Below, in pieces: positions 39,201 through 47,198 of a stretch of 52,278 nt of DNA (positions within the stretch are counted from its first letter, which is position 1; every line of letters begins with the position of its first letter). A program made the translations under genes and the position numbers. The DNA is from Candidatus Latescibacterota bacterium. Lineage in GTDB: Bacteria; Latescibacterota; UBA2968. The notes beneath the pieces were generated by a model, which saw only the letters and a list, made by a program, of their open reading frames with translations, ran no database searches and was not told the DNA's origin. The stretch lies in NCBI GenBank assembly GCA_038279365.1, contig JAYODI010000006.1:86278-138555 (forward strand), read 5' to 3'.

Positions 39201-41117
39201 TTCAACATCGGACCGTGGCCCGAACAAATGGGCATCAATATGTTGAGGATCATTAGCCTGTGCAATGTCATAAATAGGGCCTTCGCTGGCCTTATCAACA
39301 ATAAGGGTTCGCACACCAGCATTACTCCCAAATGAACCCGGTTGCTGATAGGTCACAATCGCACCCGTTACAGGTACACGCGGCAAAGCAAAATCGACAT
39401 TGCGATCAAACCACAAAATACGCCCTTCTAAACTATGACCTCGATCTTGCAATTTCAATTTAGAAACTCTGAAAAACTCTGGATCTTCTCCCGCTTTAAG
39501 CAACGCGCCAACTGTGGTTTGAACCTGCTTGGTCAAGTTTGCGAAATTGACAAATTCTAGACGGTCATTGGGTGTATCAACGACGCGTCGCACAGTAGAT
39601 GGTGTGGCCAAAGTAATGCCTTCTTTGCCTACAAAAGTCACCGCTTCGCTGTCAAGCCCCAAGTGAACAGGCATATAATTTTTCCAAGTTCGCTTAGGTG
39701 GCGCAATTGCATCTACATGGCGCACACCCTGCCCTGGAAAAACTTTGGCCATATATCCGTCAAATTTATCTGCATAAGGTGCCAATAAGTTGTTCAAGTA
39801 GTTATCTGTGCGCCAATTTGCATTGTCAAATGTGCCATGTGAAAAACTGGCAATCTGATCGGATTCGCTGGATAAGTCTAAACCAACAAACAAACGAAAA
39901 TCAATCTTGGGACCTAAAGTTTGTAAACATTCAGATGCAGGTTTTTTAGCCTGGCAGGCCAAACAATATTGGCGGGTATCCAAAGCATCGTTGTCTTGAC
40001 AAGCAAGTGACTCGTGGTCTGGAATAAGCTCTCTAAAATGCTCACTTTCTCGAGAATGTCGAAATAAGAAATCATTGATTCCTGCCAACCCCTGAAAGTG
40101 TGCCCCCGTTGCCAAAAACATCACAGAATATTTGGGTGGATTTTGTTTTAATATTTTGGCTGTATGTAAAAGTGCTGCAATACCCGTAGCATTTTCAGCA
40201 CCTGGTGCAACCGCAGGGACAACCGAAATGGCATCGTAAAAACTGCTCAACACAATTTGCTGCTCAGACCATTTTCGCTCTTGACGTTCGGTAATAAAGT
40301 CATCCACTCCGGGCAATGTTGCATAAATATTCCACGAAGGCACCTTCTCCCAATCCATCTTGCCAGTCAAGGTCACTTCTTTATCACCCGCCTTTGCCAA
40401 AGCCACGAGACGGTTGGCGTCCCCCCCCTCAACCCAATAACGCGGTACGTCGACAGGCACTTGAAGAAATTTATCTAAGGCTTCTCCATGGGTGACACGG
40501 CCATTATCAAAAAAAATAATGGCCTGAGCACCCAACATGCGTGGGTTTAAATAACTCTGACCACAATCAAAATCCATCAACACGATACTGCCTTCTACCA
40601 ATTTTCCATTTAATTCCTCAAAAGAACCTTTTCCACCATAGATCAAATTACCACGAACCCCATTTTTAGGTAACGTCGGTGTTTGAACATGATTAGGCCA
40701 AAGTCCATATAGTCTTACAGAGCCCTGCTCACCCAAGTCTAATGCAGCACCCTTGTCTACCGGCACCGTTACATAATGCCCCTCAATCGTAATATTTTCC
40801 AAACCAATTTCTTCAAAAGCCGACTTGACATATTCAAATGCTTGTCGATGCCCAGGATAACCTGGCACACGCGATCCCATAGCCGCTAAATCAGAAACGG
40901 TTTTGCGAATGTGTTCTTCTTCTAAAGACTCTGCAATGGCTCTAATTTCTCGGTCTCTTTCCGAGATTTGTATCGGTTTGAGTTCCGGAATACTTGGGCG
41001 AATGTTAAACAATTGCACAAAAAAGTTGGTTACCTGTCCCGGATTAAATATGGTAACCGAAGACAACATGAATATTGTAATCAACCAAAGCAGTGCCGTA
41101 CCAATCTTACGCATCAT
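36243..41117 (-). CDS. Large membrane protein: PA + degenerate M28 peptidase-like domain fused to a MacB/FtsX-like permease
   Basis: GSRVPGYPG, PA-like LIYGGKG, M28 fold landmarks (NIYATLPG, APGAENATG, GLAG, GLDLS), MacB-type SNLRKRPLRTALT, and FtsX motif NTMMGAVYERFNEISIYSSVGLAP..IAALFMAEA. RBS AGGAG. Confidence 0.8.
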   Translation of the reverse strand: MMRKIGTALLWLITIFMLSSVTIFNPGQVTNFFVQLFNIRPSIPELKPIQISERDREIRAIAESLEEEHIRKTVSDLAAMGSRVPGYPGHRQAFEYVKSAFEEIGLENITIEGHYVTVPVDKGAALDLGEQGSVRLYGLWPNHVQTPTLPKNGVRGNLIYGGKGSFEELNGKLVEGSIVLMDFDCGQSYLNPRMLGAQAIIFFDNGRVTHGEALDKFLQVPVDVPRYWVEGGDANRLVALAKAGDKEVTLTGKMDWEKVPSWNIYATLPGVDDFITERQERKWSEQQIVLSSFYDAISVVPAVAPGAENATGIAALLHTAKILKQNPPKYSVMFLATGAHFQGLAGINDFLFRHSRESEHFRELIPDHESLACQDNDALDTRQYCLACQAKKPASECLQTLGPKIDFRLFVGLDLSSESDQIASFSHGTFDNANWRTDNYLNNLLAPYADKFDGYMAKVFPGQGVRHVDAIAPPKRTWKNYMPVHLGLDSEAVTFVGKEGITLATPSTVRRVVDTPNDRLEFVNFANLTKQVQTTVGALLKAGEDPEFFRVSKLKLQDRGHSLEGRILWFDRNVDFALPRVPVTGAIVTYQQPGSFGSNAGVRTLIVDKASEGPIYDIAQANDPQHIDAHLFGPRSDVELTGRFHFEIMRNRFSNRILAYEINDEGRIVSAPDLGSEGDKKFPITQRYGWWENEMMAVLFKCAPLSVFEIIDSSYLSALDFMTVLNANDTQPIEYSYSYIQNQSTKEGNVTRAAVAFSRLDHVSGKAERLKVLMSTGLFGVKFLLINAPQELLDNPINLKQVDEKLLERARGEGYEPGVIFQPSYKAAKDMWVIDDVRMKQLAQYGIENNRLTMLHNSARDALIEARAHLADLNYEGFVSASRRAWGLEARGYPEVMSTANDTVRGIIFYFILLLPFSFFIERLFVGASSITWRLAWFAIFFFLFFLILRFVHPAFQLSNSPYIIFLAFVIMALGGVAMVIVVSKFGEEVRKMKQASSGNYEADVGRLSATSAAVVLGISNLRKRPLRTALTGITLTLLTFTTLSFTSVQTSLKFYKLPRDNNPSYQGSLVRDRSWRGMQESVLSYLNSGFEGRADIVPRSWYMSQVRGERAYVNFSRITETTADMGVRETYIDFDVGITTGKDSFVNALLGLTSDEPKITGVDKFLMSGRWFEPGEEFVCLLPNDLAELVGIFPEDAGTAKIEMQGQIFTVIGIVDSDAFNKFKDLDDEKLTPVDTVKEKDDLADAQDQDPRVVAAAPIETFTHLESTNVLIVPYQYVLDVGGVLASVAIANFRDEQGQLKANFVKDIEEFMTRVSLTMFVGQGKGVTVYSSIGSTSLSGLGNLFIPILIAALIVLNTMMGAVYERFNEISIYSSVGLAPNHIAALFMAEAGVFATLGAVFGYLIGQVLVLVLYNQGLLGGLELNYSSLSAISATLIVMATVFLSTLYPAKKAGDMAVPDVTRKWEFPDPEGDKWVFDFPFTVGGAEVLGMYMYLTRVFESYGEGSVGDFVADHVKFWSEDMAGEPQYNIDLTAWLAPYDLGISQEVQLKAIPTGEHNIYKIEVIINRLSGDVASWKRINRGFLNVLRKRFLVWRTIPGEVKFTYAEDGKKILANQSIAETSV

Positions 41118-41171
41118 GCAATCACTCCTGTGCTGTCAACCTAACAAGTCAATATCAACGATGGAAATCCT

Positions 41172-41200
41172 ATGCTAATAAATAAATGCTGGGATGTCAA
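41172..41200 (-). promoter_or_regulatory. Sigma70-type promoter of the 1624-aa gene
   Basis: Minus strand TTGACA-N17-TAGCAT, about 55 nt upstream of the ATG. Confidence 0.6.
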
Positions 41201-41356
41201 GATTTTTCCAAATACGACGCGATACAGCATCAGTAGTATTTTCAATACTTTAAATATAAGCCCAAAACATACATCTGAATAAATAATCAGAAATATCCCA
41301 AAAAGAAACACATATATCCCCAAATCCTTCTCAAAGAGAAGATATTAATATAAATT

Positions 41357-41385
41357 TTGACGATCTTTGTGCATCTTTTTATTAT
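41357..41385 (+). promoter_or_regulatory. Sigma70-type promoter, divergent from the previous one
   Basis: TTGACG-N17-TATTAT. Confidence 0.6.
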
Positions 41386-41442
41386 ATTCCATCTCCGACA
41401 TTGCACTTTATGCCCGCTACTATTCCCGAAAGGAGTATCGGT

Positions 41443-42294
41443 ATGCCAGTTTGTTTCTTTAAAAAAGTTTTGCCTGTTTTATCTGTTATTTTGCTAGGAG
41501 GCCTATTGGCTTGCGGTGGCCCAGATGAAGCTATTGAAAAAAACTTGAGACAACACGTTTTGTTCTTTTCTAATTTTGAAAAAGGGGTCGATGCCTTAGA
41601 CGGAGAAGGGGAACCTCTGGCCGACTTTGACACTGCAAATACAAATCACATGACATCGGGTGGCAACCCCGATGGCTACCTCCAGTTCAATGCAGGATCT
41701 GGTGCATTGAGCTACCCTGCAAAAGCCAACTTCCCATACAAAGCCAATCAGGCATGGTCTGGCAGTGTGGCATTCTGGCTCAACATAAACCCAGCTGACT
41801 TTGAAGCGGATTACCCAGAGCCTTTCCATATTGGCAAACGTGTTTCGGGTGATTTCCCTTGGGATGACGCAGTCATGTTTATTGACTTCAAAAAGTCAGA
41901 AAATGCGTTGCGCTTTGGATGCTACCCAGATAAAACACAAGAAATAAGTGACCAGATGGTTTCAGATCGGGTCATTTCGGTGCCTGCAAATTGGAAAAGC
42001 GGCCAATGGCATCATATTACCATTACGTGGACAAACTTTAACAGTGGTAAATCAGACGCAACGTGGGCACTATATATAGATGGTGAACTCAAAGGCCAAA
42101 AAGGCCCCATCGCCCAAAAAATGACTTGGGACATCAACAACTTGGTCATGCGTTTTAATCATTATAAATTCCCGGGCCAAATAGATGAAATTGCCATTTT
42201 TTCAAAAGCTTTAACGGTTGATGAAATCAAATACCTTACAAATCCCAAACAACCGCTCAACAAACTTTTTTATAAAAAGACAGAGCGGCGTTAA
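41443..42294 (+). CDS. LamG/concanavalin A-like jellyroll lipoprotein
   Basis: Lipobox LLAC, GSVAFW, WHHITITW, LYIDG and GQIDEIAIFSKALT; AGGAG precedes the ATG at 41443. Confidence 0.82.
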   Translation: MPVCFFKKVLPVLSVILLGGLLACGGPDEAIEKNLRQHVLFFSNFEKGVDALDGEGEPLADFDTANTNHMTSGGNPDGYLQFNAGSGALSYPAKANFPYKANQAWSGSVAFWLNINPADFEADYPEPFHIGKRVSGDFPWDDAVMFIDFKKSENALRFGCYPDKTQEISDQMVSDRVISVPANWKSGQWHHITITWTNFNSGKSDATWALYIDGELKGQKGPIAQKMTWDINNLVMRFNHYKFPGQIDEIAIFSKALTVDEIKYLTNPKQPLNKLFYKKTERR

Positions 42295-42334
42295 TCAGCC
42301 AACGCTCAATCGGCCCGGGGTGAGCCGATGATGC

Positions 42335-42395
42335 AACCCTTCTCCAACTGTAGGAACCCAATGGGTGGCCGAAGTTGGGAGAAGGGTTTTTTTTT
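42335..42395 (+). terminator. Long-stem terminator with structured loop
   Basis: AACCCTTCTCCAACT ... AGTTGGGAGAAGGGTT followed by a T run. Confidence 0.7.
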
Positions 42396-42523
42396 GACAG
42401 GTAACATCAACTTCCTTAACCCAATACCATCTCCCCACCTTCATTGCAAAACTTGCCAACAACCAACTGACGGACCTATATTTTGCCAAGCAACTTACTT
42501 GTCATCTTATATTTTTAAAAAAA

Positions 42524-43174
42524 ATGAAACCTTGCCCTTTTTGTGCTGAAGACATTCAAGATACTGCACTCAAATGCCGTTATTGTGGTGAATTTCTTGA
42601 ACAAATCATGCCCCCACATATCGAATACGAACCCTCTCCCCAAGAACAGCGAAAGTGGGCAGAAATTCGTCGCTTGCAACGCATTGCCAGTGGTGTGCCT
42701 ACCAAATCCGATAACTTGAGAAAAACAAAAGGGTTGTTGGCATTGGTCATTATTATTGTCATACTCTTGTATGCCTATACTTGGAATAAAAACCACGCAC
42801 AGTCAACCCAAGCAGCCCCACTGGAATCGAATGTCACATTTGAAGAAATCAACGCTCTTTTTGGTCCTGTAAGCCCACTTCCTACAGACCAACAAAAAAA
42901 TCTTTTTGGCAAATACCAGGGTAAACGCGTAACGTGGAAAGGCACCCTGACCTATGTCAACAATGGTGAGGGTGACGAACTGTTTATTACCTTACATCAC
43001 CCTTCTACCATACCGACAGCAGGAGTACAAGTTCGCTTTCGCAGTATCAACCGTGACCAAATCACCAATCTTCGCACGGGAGAAAAAATTTTATATAGTG
43101 GGAAATTAATTAGTTATGATAGCAGCGCACATTTTTTTTTGCTTCGTGATGGAACGCTCATTTCAACACAATAA
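42524..43174 (+). CDS. Zinc-ribbon / single-TM / OB-fold-like protein
   Basis: CPFC...CRYC, one TM helix, then KYQGKRVTWKG...LRTGEKILYSGKL (tRNA_anti-like OB pattern). Confidence 0.7.
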   Translation: MKPCPFCAEDIQDTALKCRYCGEFLEQIMPPHIEYEPSPQEQRKWAEIRRLQRIASGVPTKSDNLRKTKGLLALVIIIVILLYAYTWNKNHAQSTQAAPLESNVTFEEINALFGPVSPLPTDQQKNLFGKYQGKRVTWKGTLTYVNNGEGDELFITLHHPSTIPTAGVQVRFRSINRDQITNLRTGEKILYSGKLISYDSSAHFFLLRDGTLISTQ

Positions 43175-43377
43175 TTCAGACCATATCACAAACGATATGC
43201 CCACTTGATTGACTTGGAACCTGGAAAAACAGAATGTCTCCCAATTGGGATGTCCTGCTATCAAACAGTAAACATCTGTTTTATAACCACATTTATTTTG
43301 AGATTGGCTGTTCTTCTTTGAGTTTACATTTTGTCGCTAACACATAGCAGGATCAAGTATTTGCTCCAAAAATGCTA

Positions 43378-43406
43378 TTGACTTTGCCTTTGTTGTGTTG
43401 TATCTT
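43378..43406 (+). promoter_or_regulatory. Sigma70-type promoter
   Basis: TTGACT-N17-TATCTT upstream of the lipoprotein gene. Confidence 0.55.
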
Positions 43407-43483
43407 TGGTATTCATCAGGTAAATAGATAAAAAACAATGAACAATGCGACCTCTTAGGACGCCCAATCAGAAGGAGTAGAGG

Positions 43484-44089
43484 ATGCGATCAGTCCTGAA
43501 CTTTTGCCTTATTATGGGATTAACACTTGTGGCCGTAGGCTGTGCCAAACCACCGACACAAGAATTAGATGCCGCCAAAGCAGCCTTAGATGCCGCCAGA
43601 GCAGCAGAAGCTGAAGTCTATGCACCTGATACATTTCGTTCAGCAAACAATGCCATGAACGAAGCCAATACTAAAGTTGACCAAAAAGACTATGAAGGTG
43701 CAAAAGCATCAGCCATTCAAACCAAAGAACTCGCAGATCGCGCAAAATCTGAGGCAAACACCAACAAACAACAAATTCGCGATGAAGCACAAGCCGTGAT
43801 CAATCGCGTTGGGCCAGGCATCAATGATGCACGTATGTCTATCAACAATGCCCCCCGTGGCAAAGGTGCCGATAGCGACTTGGATCAGTTGAGTGCCGAC
43901 CTTAGCCAAGCCGATGCAAATTTGAGCGATGCACGCAACAGTTTAAACAGTGGCAAATTTAAAGACGCATTGTCACAAGCACGCAGTGCCGAAAGCAAAC
44001 TGTCTCCCATTCAAAGTTCTGTGCAAATGGCCAATCAAAAGATTGAAGCTTGGAAAGAACAAAACAAGCCTTGGTTTAATCGCCTCTAA
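43484..44089 (+). CDS. DUF4398-like alpha-helical lipoprotein
   Basis: Lipobox AVGC, then AKPPTQELDAAKAALDAARAAEAEVYAP; Ala-rich coiled coil; RBS AAGGAG. Confidence 0.8.
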   Translation: MRSVLNFCLIMGLTLVAVGCAKPPTQELDAAKAALDAARAAEAEVYAPDTFRSANNAMNEANTKVDQKDYEGAKASAIQTKELADRAKSEANTNKQQIRDEAQAVINRVGPGINDARMSINNAPRGKGADSDLDQLSADLSQADANLSDARNSLNSGKFKDALSQARSAESKLSPIQSSVQMANQKIEAWKEQNKPWFNRL

Positions 44090-44120
44090 ACCTCGCAAAC
44101 ATATTGCAGATTTTAAACAG

Positions 44121-44151
44121 AAAACCGAGAAGATTGATTCTTCTCGGTTTT
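44121..44151 (+). terminator. Hairpin/terminator after the lipoprotein gene
   Basis: AAAACCGAGAAG-ATTGATT-CTTCTCGGTTTT. Confidence 0.7.
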
Positions 44152-44169
44152 CCAATTTTAGGTTCACAC

Positions 44170-44745
44170 ATGTTAAAAATAATCTCATCATTCCTATTAT
44201 TCTTTTTTTGCCAACCCGCTCTTGCAGATACGGCACCACAGACACAACTACAAGCCGAGATAGAGCAACTTGAAAGTGCGCTGTCACACTACCGTACCCA
44301 AAACCCATATGTGGTCATCGACACCCACCACAATATTCTTCAAATACGACAAAATGATCAAATTGTTCACCAAGCAATTTGTGCAACCGGCAGCGGTAAA
44401 GTTCTCTTGCACCCCAAAAAGCAAAACACTTGGCAATTCACCACTCCCCAAGGTTTGTGGCATGTAAAACGCAAAGTAACCAATCCCATTTGGGCAAAAC
44501 CCATATGGGCATTTGTAGAAAGTGGCGATACAGTCCCCGTGCTTCCTTGGGCTTTTCGGAGATTGGATCAAAAAACACTTGGAGATTATGCACTCGAATT
44601 AGGTGATGGATACGAAATCCACGGCACACTCTATCCTGCACTTTTAGGTAAAAATATTACACACGGTTGCATCCGTCTCAATGACGAAGACCTGGCCCTT
44701 ACCTACCAACTCATCCACACAGGCAATCGTGTTTATATTTATTGA
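44170..44745 (+). CDS. L,D-transpeptidase (YkuD family)
   Basis: Signal peptide, ATG, TPQG, NPIW, LG.YAL and catalytic IHGT...THGCIRL. Confidence 0.9.
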   Translation: MLKIISSFLLFFFCQPALADTAPQTQLQAEIEQLESALSHYRTQNPYVVIDTHHNILQIRQNDQIVHQAICATGSGKVLLHPKKQNTWQFTTPQGLWHVKRKVTNPIWAKPIWAFVESGDTVPVLPWAFRRLDQKTLGDYALELGDGYEIHGTLYPALLGKNITHGCIRLNDEDLALTYQLIHTGNRVYIY

Positions 44746-44752
44746 GTCATTC

Positions 44753-45292
44753 ATGGCGTTTCATATCCTTTTATTATTCTTTACTTTTTTATCTCCTGCT
44801 TACGCCGATCTCGCTTTCCTAAAAAATAGAAAAGCCGCCCTTCAATTTGAATATGACCTCATCAAAGAAAAACCCGCAACCTACTACCTTGTCATTGACC
44901 TTGGCACCAACGAAGCCCACCTAAAAGCAGATGCTCACATAATTAGAACATGTAAAATACTGGATCATTTTGGTAATCTACCTACCCAAACTCAGATGCT
45001 CACGCTACAAACTCATATTCTGCCACACACACCCGAACCTGAAACCATATCTCGCCACCATCTGCTTCCGTTGCATTTTTCAAATCGGCTAGGCACAGGC
45101 CCCACACAACGATCTCGTTTATATTTTATGCCCTCATTCCTCATTCAGCCAAACGAACTTGCCCAACCATCACATATCTCAGGTATCTGCTTAAGTAATT
45201 CAGATATCAAAGCACTCGCATCAGCCCTCAAGCTTCAAAGCCACATAATCATTTTTCCATCTCATATGCCCTTTATTGGAAAAAAACAGTGA
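44753..45292 (+). CDS. Secreted protein, probably a degenerate YkuD-like paralog
   Basis: Signal peptide; YLVIDL and ICLSNSDIKAL resemble the neighbour's YVVIDT and CIRLNDEDLAL; no HGT or HGC motif. Confidence 0.55.
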   Translation: MAFHILLLFFTFLSPAYADLAFLKNRKAALQFEYDLIKEKPATYYLVIDLGTNEAHLKADAHIIRTCKILDHFGNLPTQTQMLTLQTHILPHTPEPETISRHHLLPLHFSNRLGTGPTQRSRLYFMPSFLIQPNELAQPSHISGICLSNSDIKALASALKLQSHIIIFPSHMPFIGKKQ

Positions 45293-46224
45293 AAAGAATT
45301 TCATTCATAATGCTCTTCTTGTGTGGGATGCTGACCCCTGTAAGGGCACAAAACGCACAATATGGAGGTGACCCATTGCAAGTGGGTGCTGGTGCACGCG
45401 CATTGGGATTAGGTGGCGCGTTTGTAGCCATCAGTGACGATGCAACAGCCATCTATTGGAATCCTGCAGGTTTGGTACAACCCAAAAACAAAGAACTTCA
45501 CGTTCAGCACACAGAGCAATTTGGCGGCAGCGTCAATCACGACATCATCGCATTGCGCTTGCCCCTACACAATGGCGGTTTGGGTTTGGGAATAATCCGA
45601 TTGGGTGTCGACAATATCTCCCTCACATCACTTGAAGACCCCACACGTCCATTAGGCCCCGACAATCGCCCGATCATAACCCAAACCATTGGCACAACAG
45701 ACAACACATTTTACATTGCTTATGGGCACCCCATACGCTCAGGCCTCACACTGGGAATAACCATAAAACTCATTCACAGAGATCTTAGCGTGGGCACAGG
45801 CACAGGATTTGGAACAGATACGGGTCTCCTCTATCAAGGTAAGCGCCCTCTAAAATTTGCACTCGTGATACGCAATCTCACCAAAACACGCATTCATTTT
45901 GATGCAGGAAATACAGATGTGATCTCACCCAGTGTGCTCATAGGCGCAAGCTATACACATACATTTTCAGATACCCATCGCTTGCTCAGTGCCATCAGTG
46001 GGCATTGGGGAGAAGATGTTTCAGGCATAGAAAGCAATCAAGCAATTCATATGGGTATCGAATATCAACTCAAGCAACGCCTCATGTTGCGTTTGGGCCG
46101 TCGTGGAAGCTATTTCACAGCAGGTGCGGGTATCAAATTGAACAGAGCCACAATAGATTTGGCAGTTCTCCAACACTCTCAATTGAACAATTCATATCGC
46201 ATTTCTACTTCCATCTTTTTCTAA
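45289..46224 (+). CDS. PorV/PorQ (UPF0164, FadL-like) outer-membrane barrel
   Basis: GAGARALGLGGAFVAISDDATAIYWNPAGL, GIEY, LRLG and a C-terminal Phe. Confidence 0.85.
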   Translation: MKRISFIMLFLCGMLTPVRAQNAQYGGDPLQVGAGARALGLGGAFVAISDDATAIYWNPAGLVQPKNKELHVQHTEQFGGSVNHDIIALRLPLHNGGLGLGIIRLGVDNISLTSLEDPTRPLGPDNRPIITQTIGTTDNTFYIAYGHPIRSGLTLGITIKLIHRDLSVGTGTGFGTDTGLLYQGKRPLKFALVIRNLTKTRIHFDAGNTDVISPSVLIGASYTHTFSDTHRLLSAISGHWGEDVSGIESNQAIHMGIEYQLKQRLMLRLGRRGSYFTAGAGIKLNRATIDLAVLQHSQLNNSYRISTSIFF

Positions 46225-46238
46225 GAGTTCGCTTTTTC

Positions 46239-47126
46239 ATGTCAAACTTTAAGTCTGGTCATATTGTTATAGCAGGTCGCCCCAATGTGGGGAAATCCAC
46301 ATTGTTCAACGCACTGGTAGGTGAACGCCTTTCTATTATTTCACCCAAACCGCAAACAACACGCAACAACATTTTAGGCATTGTTACTGACGCACAGGCC
46401 CAAATGCTCTTTTTGGATACGCCTGGATTATTAGACGAACAATATCGCTTGCATGTTTTCATGAGCAAGCAAATCCGAGAAGCCCTTGAAGGTGCCGATA
46501 TCTTATTGGGTATTGTTGATGCCTCTCAATTTGAAACAACGTTTGATCAAACCGTTCAAGAAACTTTCAAAGCACTGAATATCCCCCGCATCATTGCACT
46601 CAATAAAATGGATATGTGTAACCCTGATCAATTGCAAAGCATTCAGGACCAAATCCACAAAAGCATCGAAGTGAGTCACGTTATTCCGGTATCAGCAACC
46701 AAAAAAACGAATCTGGACACCTTACACCAAGCCCTCATTGATACCTTGCCTATAGGTCCTCAGTTTTACCCCGAAGACATGATGACCGAGCAACCCGAAC
46801 GTTTTTTTGTTGCTGAATTTATCCGTGAAGAGGTCTTTCATCAATTGCATCAAGAATTACCCTACTCAATAGCCGTTGCTGTCGAAACCTTCCATGAAGA
46901 TCGGCCTAAAATTTATATTCAAGCCAACATCATCGTCGAACGCAACTCTCAAAAAGGCATCGTAATTGGCAAAGGTGGTCGTACACTCAAAACCATTGGC
47001 CTGCATGCACGCAAGAAAATAGAAGCTTTTTTAAACCGCTCCGTATTCTTAGACCTCCACGTTAAAGTCTATGAAAATTGGCGCAAAAAAGATGGTGCTT
47101 TGCGTGATTTTGGCTACAATATTTAA
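46239..47126 (+). CDS. era: GTPase Era
   Basis: GRPNVGKST, KPQTTR, DTPG, NKMD and KH-domain SQKGIVIGKGG; ATG at 46239. Confidence 0.97.
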   Translation: MSNFKSGHIVIAGRPNVGKSTLFNALVGERLSIISPKPQTTRNNILGIVTDAQAQMLFLDTPGLLDEQYRLHVFMSKQIREALEGADILLGIVDASQFETTFDQTVQETFKALNIPRIIALNKMDMCNPDQLQSIQDQIHKSIEVSHVIPVSATKKTNLDTLHQALIDTLPIGPQFYPEDMMTEQPERFFVAEFIREEVFHQLHQELPYSIAVAVETFHEDRPKIYIQANIIVERNSQKGIVIGKGGRTLKTIGLHARKKIEAFLNRSVFLDLHVKVYENWRKKDGALRDFGYNI

Positions 47127-47198
47127 TCAAATAATAATTATAGAAATGCATTCTACCCTTTCACACTGTCCACTTTTATAACCAAGATTTAGTCATCT

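Noticed and set aside
42295-42395. 6S RNA, SRP RNA, c-di-AMP or glycine riboswitch
   Set aside because: Only short coincidental words match; the required conserved cores were not found by eye.
43175-43377. Long intergenic region with CCCAATTGGG palindrome and a GGAACC..GTCT motif
   Set aside because: The short palindrome could be chance, the spacer is too short for an ECF promoter, and no convincing ORF or RNA structure was seen.
46005-46238. N-terminal extensions in the ORF track (era; similarly coaBC, K+ channel, DUF4013, Omp85)
   Set aside because: They overlap upstream genes or lack an RBS; downstream ATGs match family starts and were used instead.
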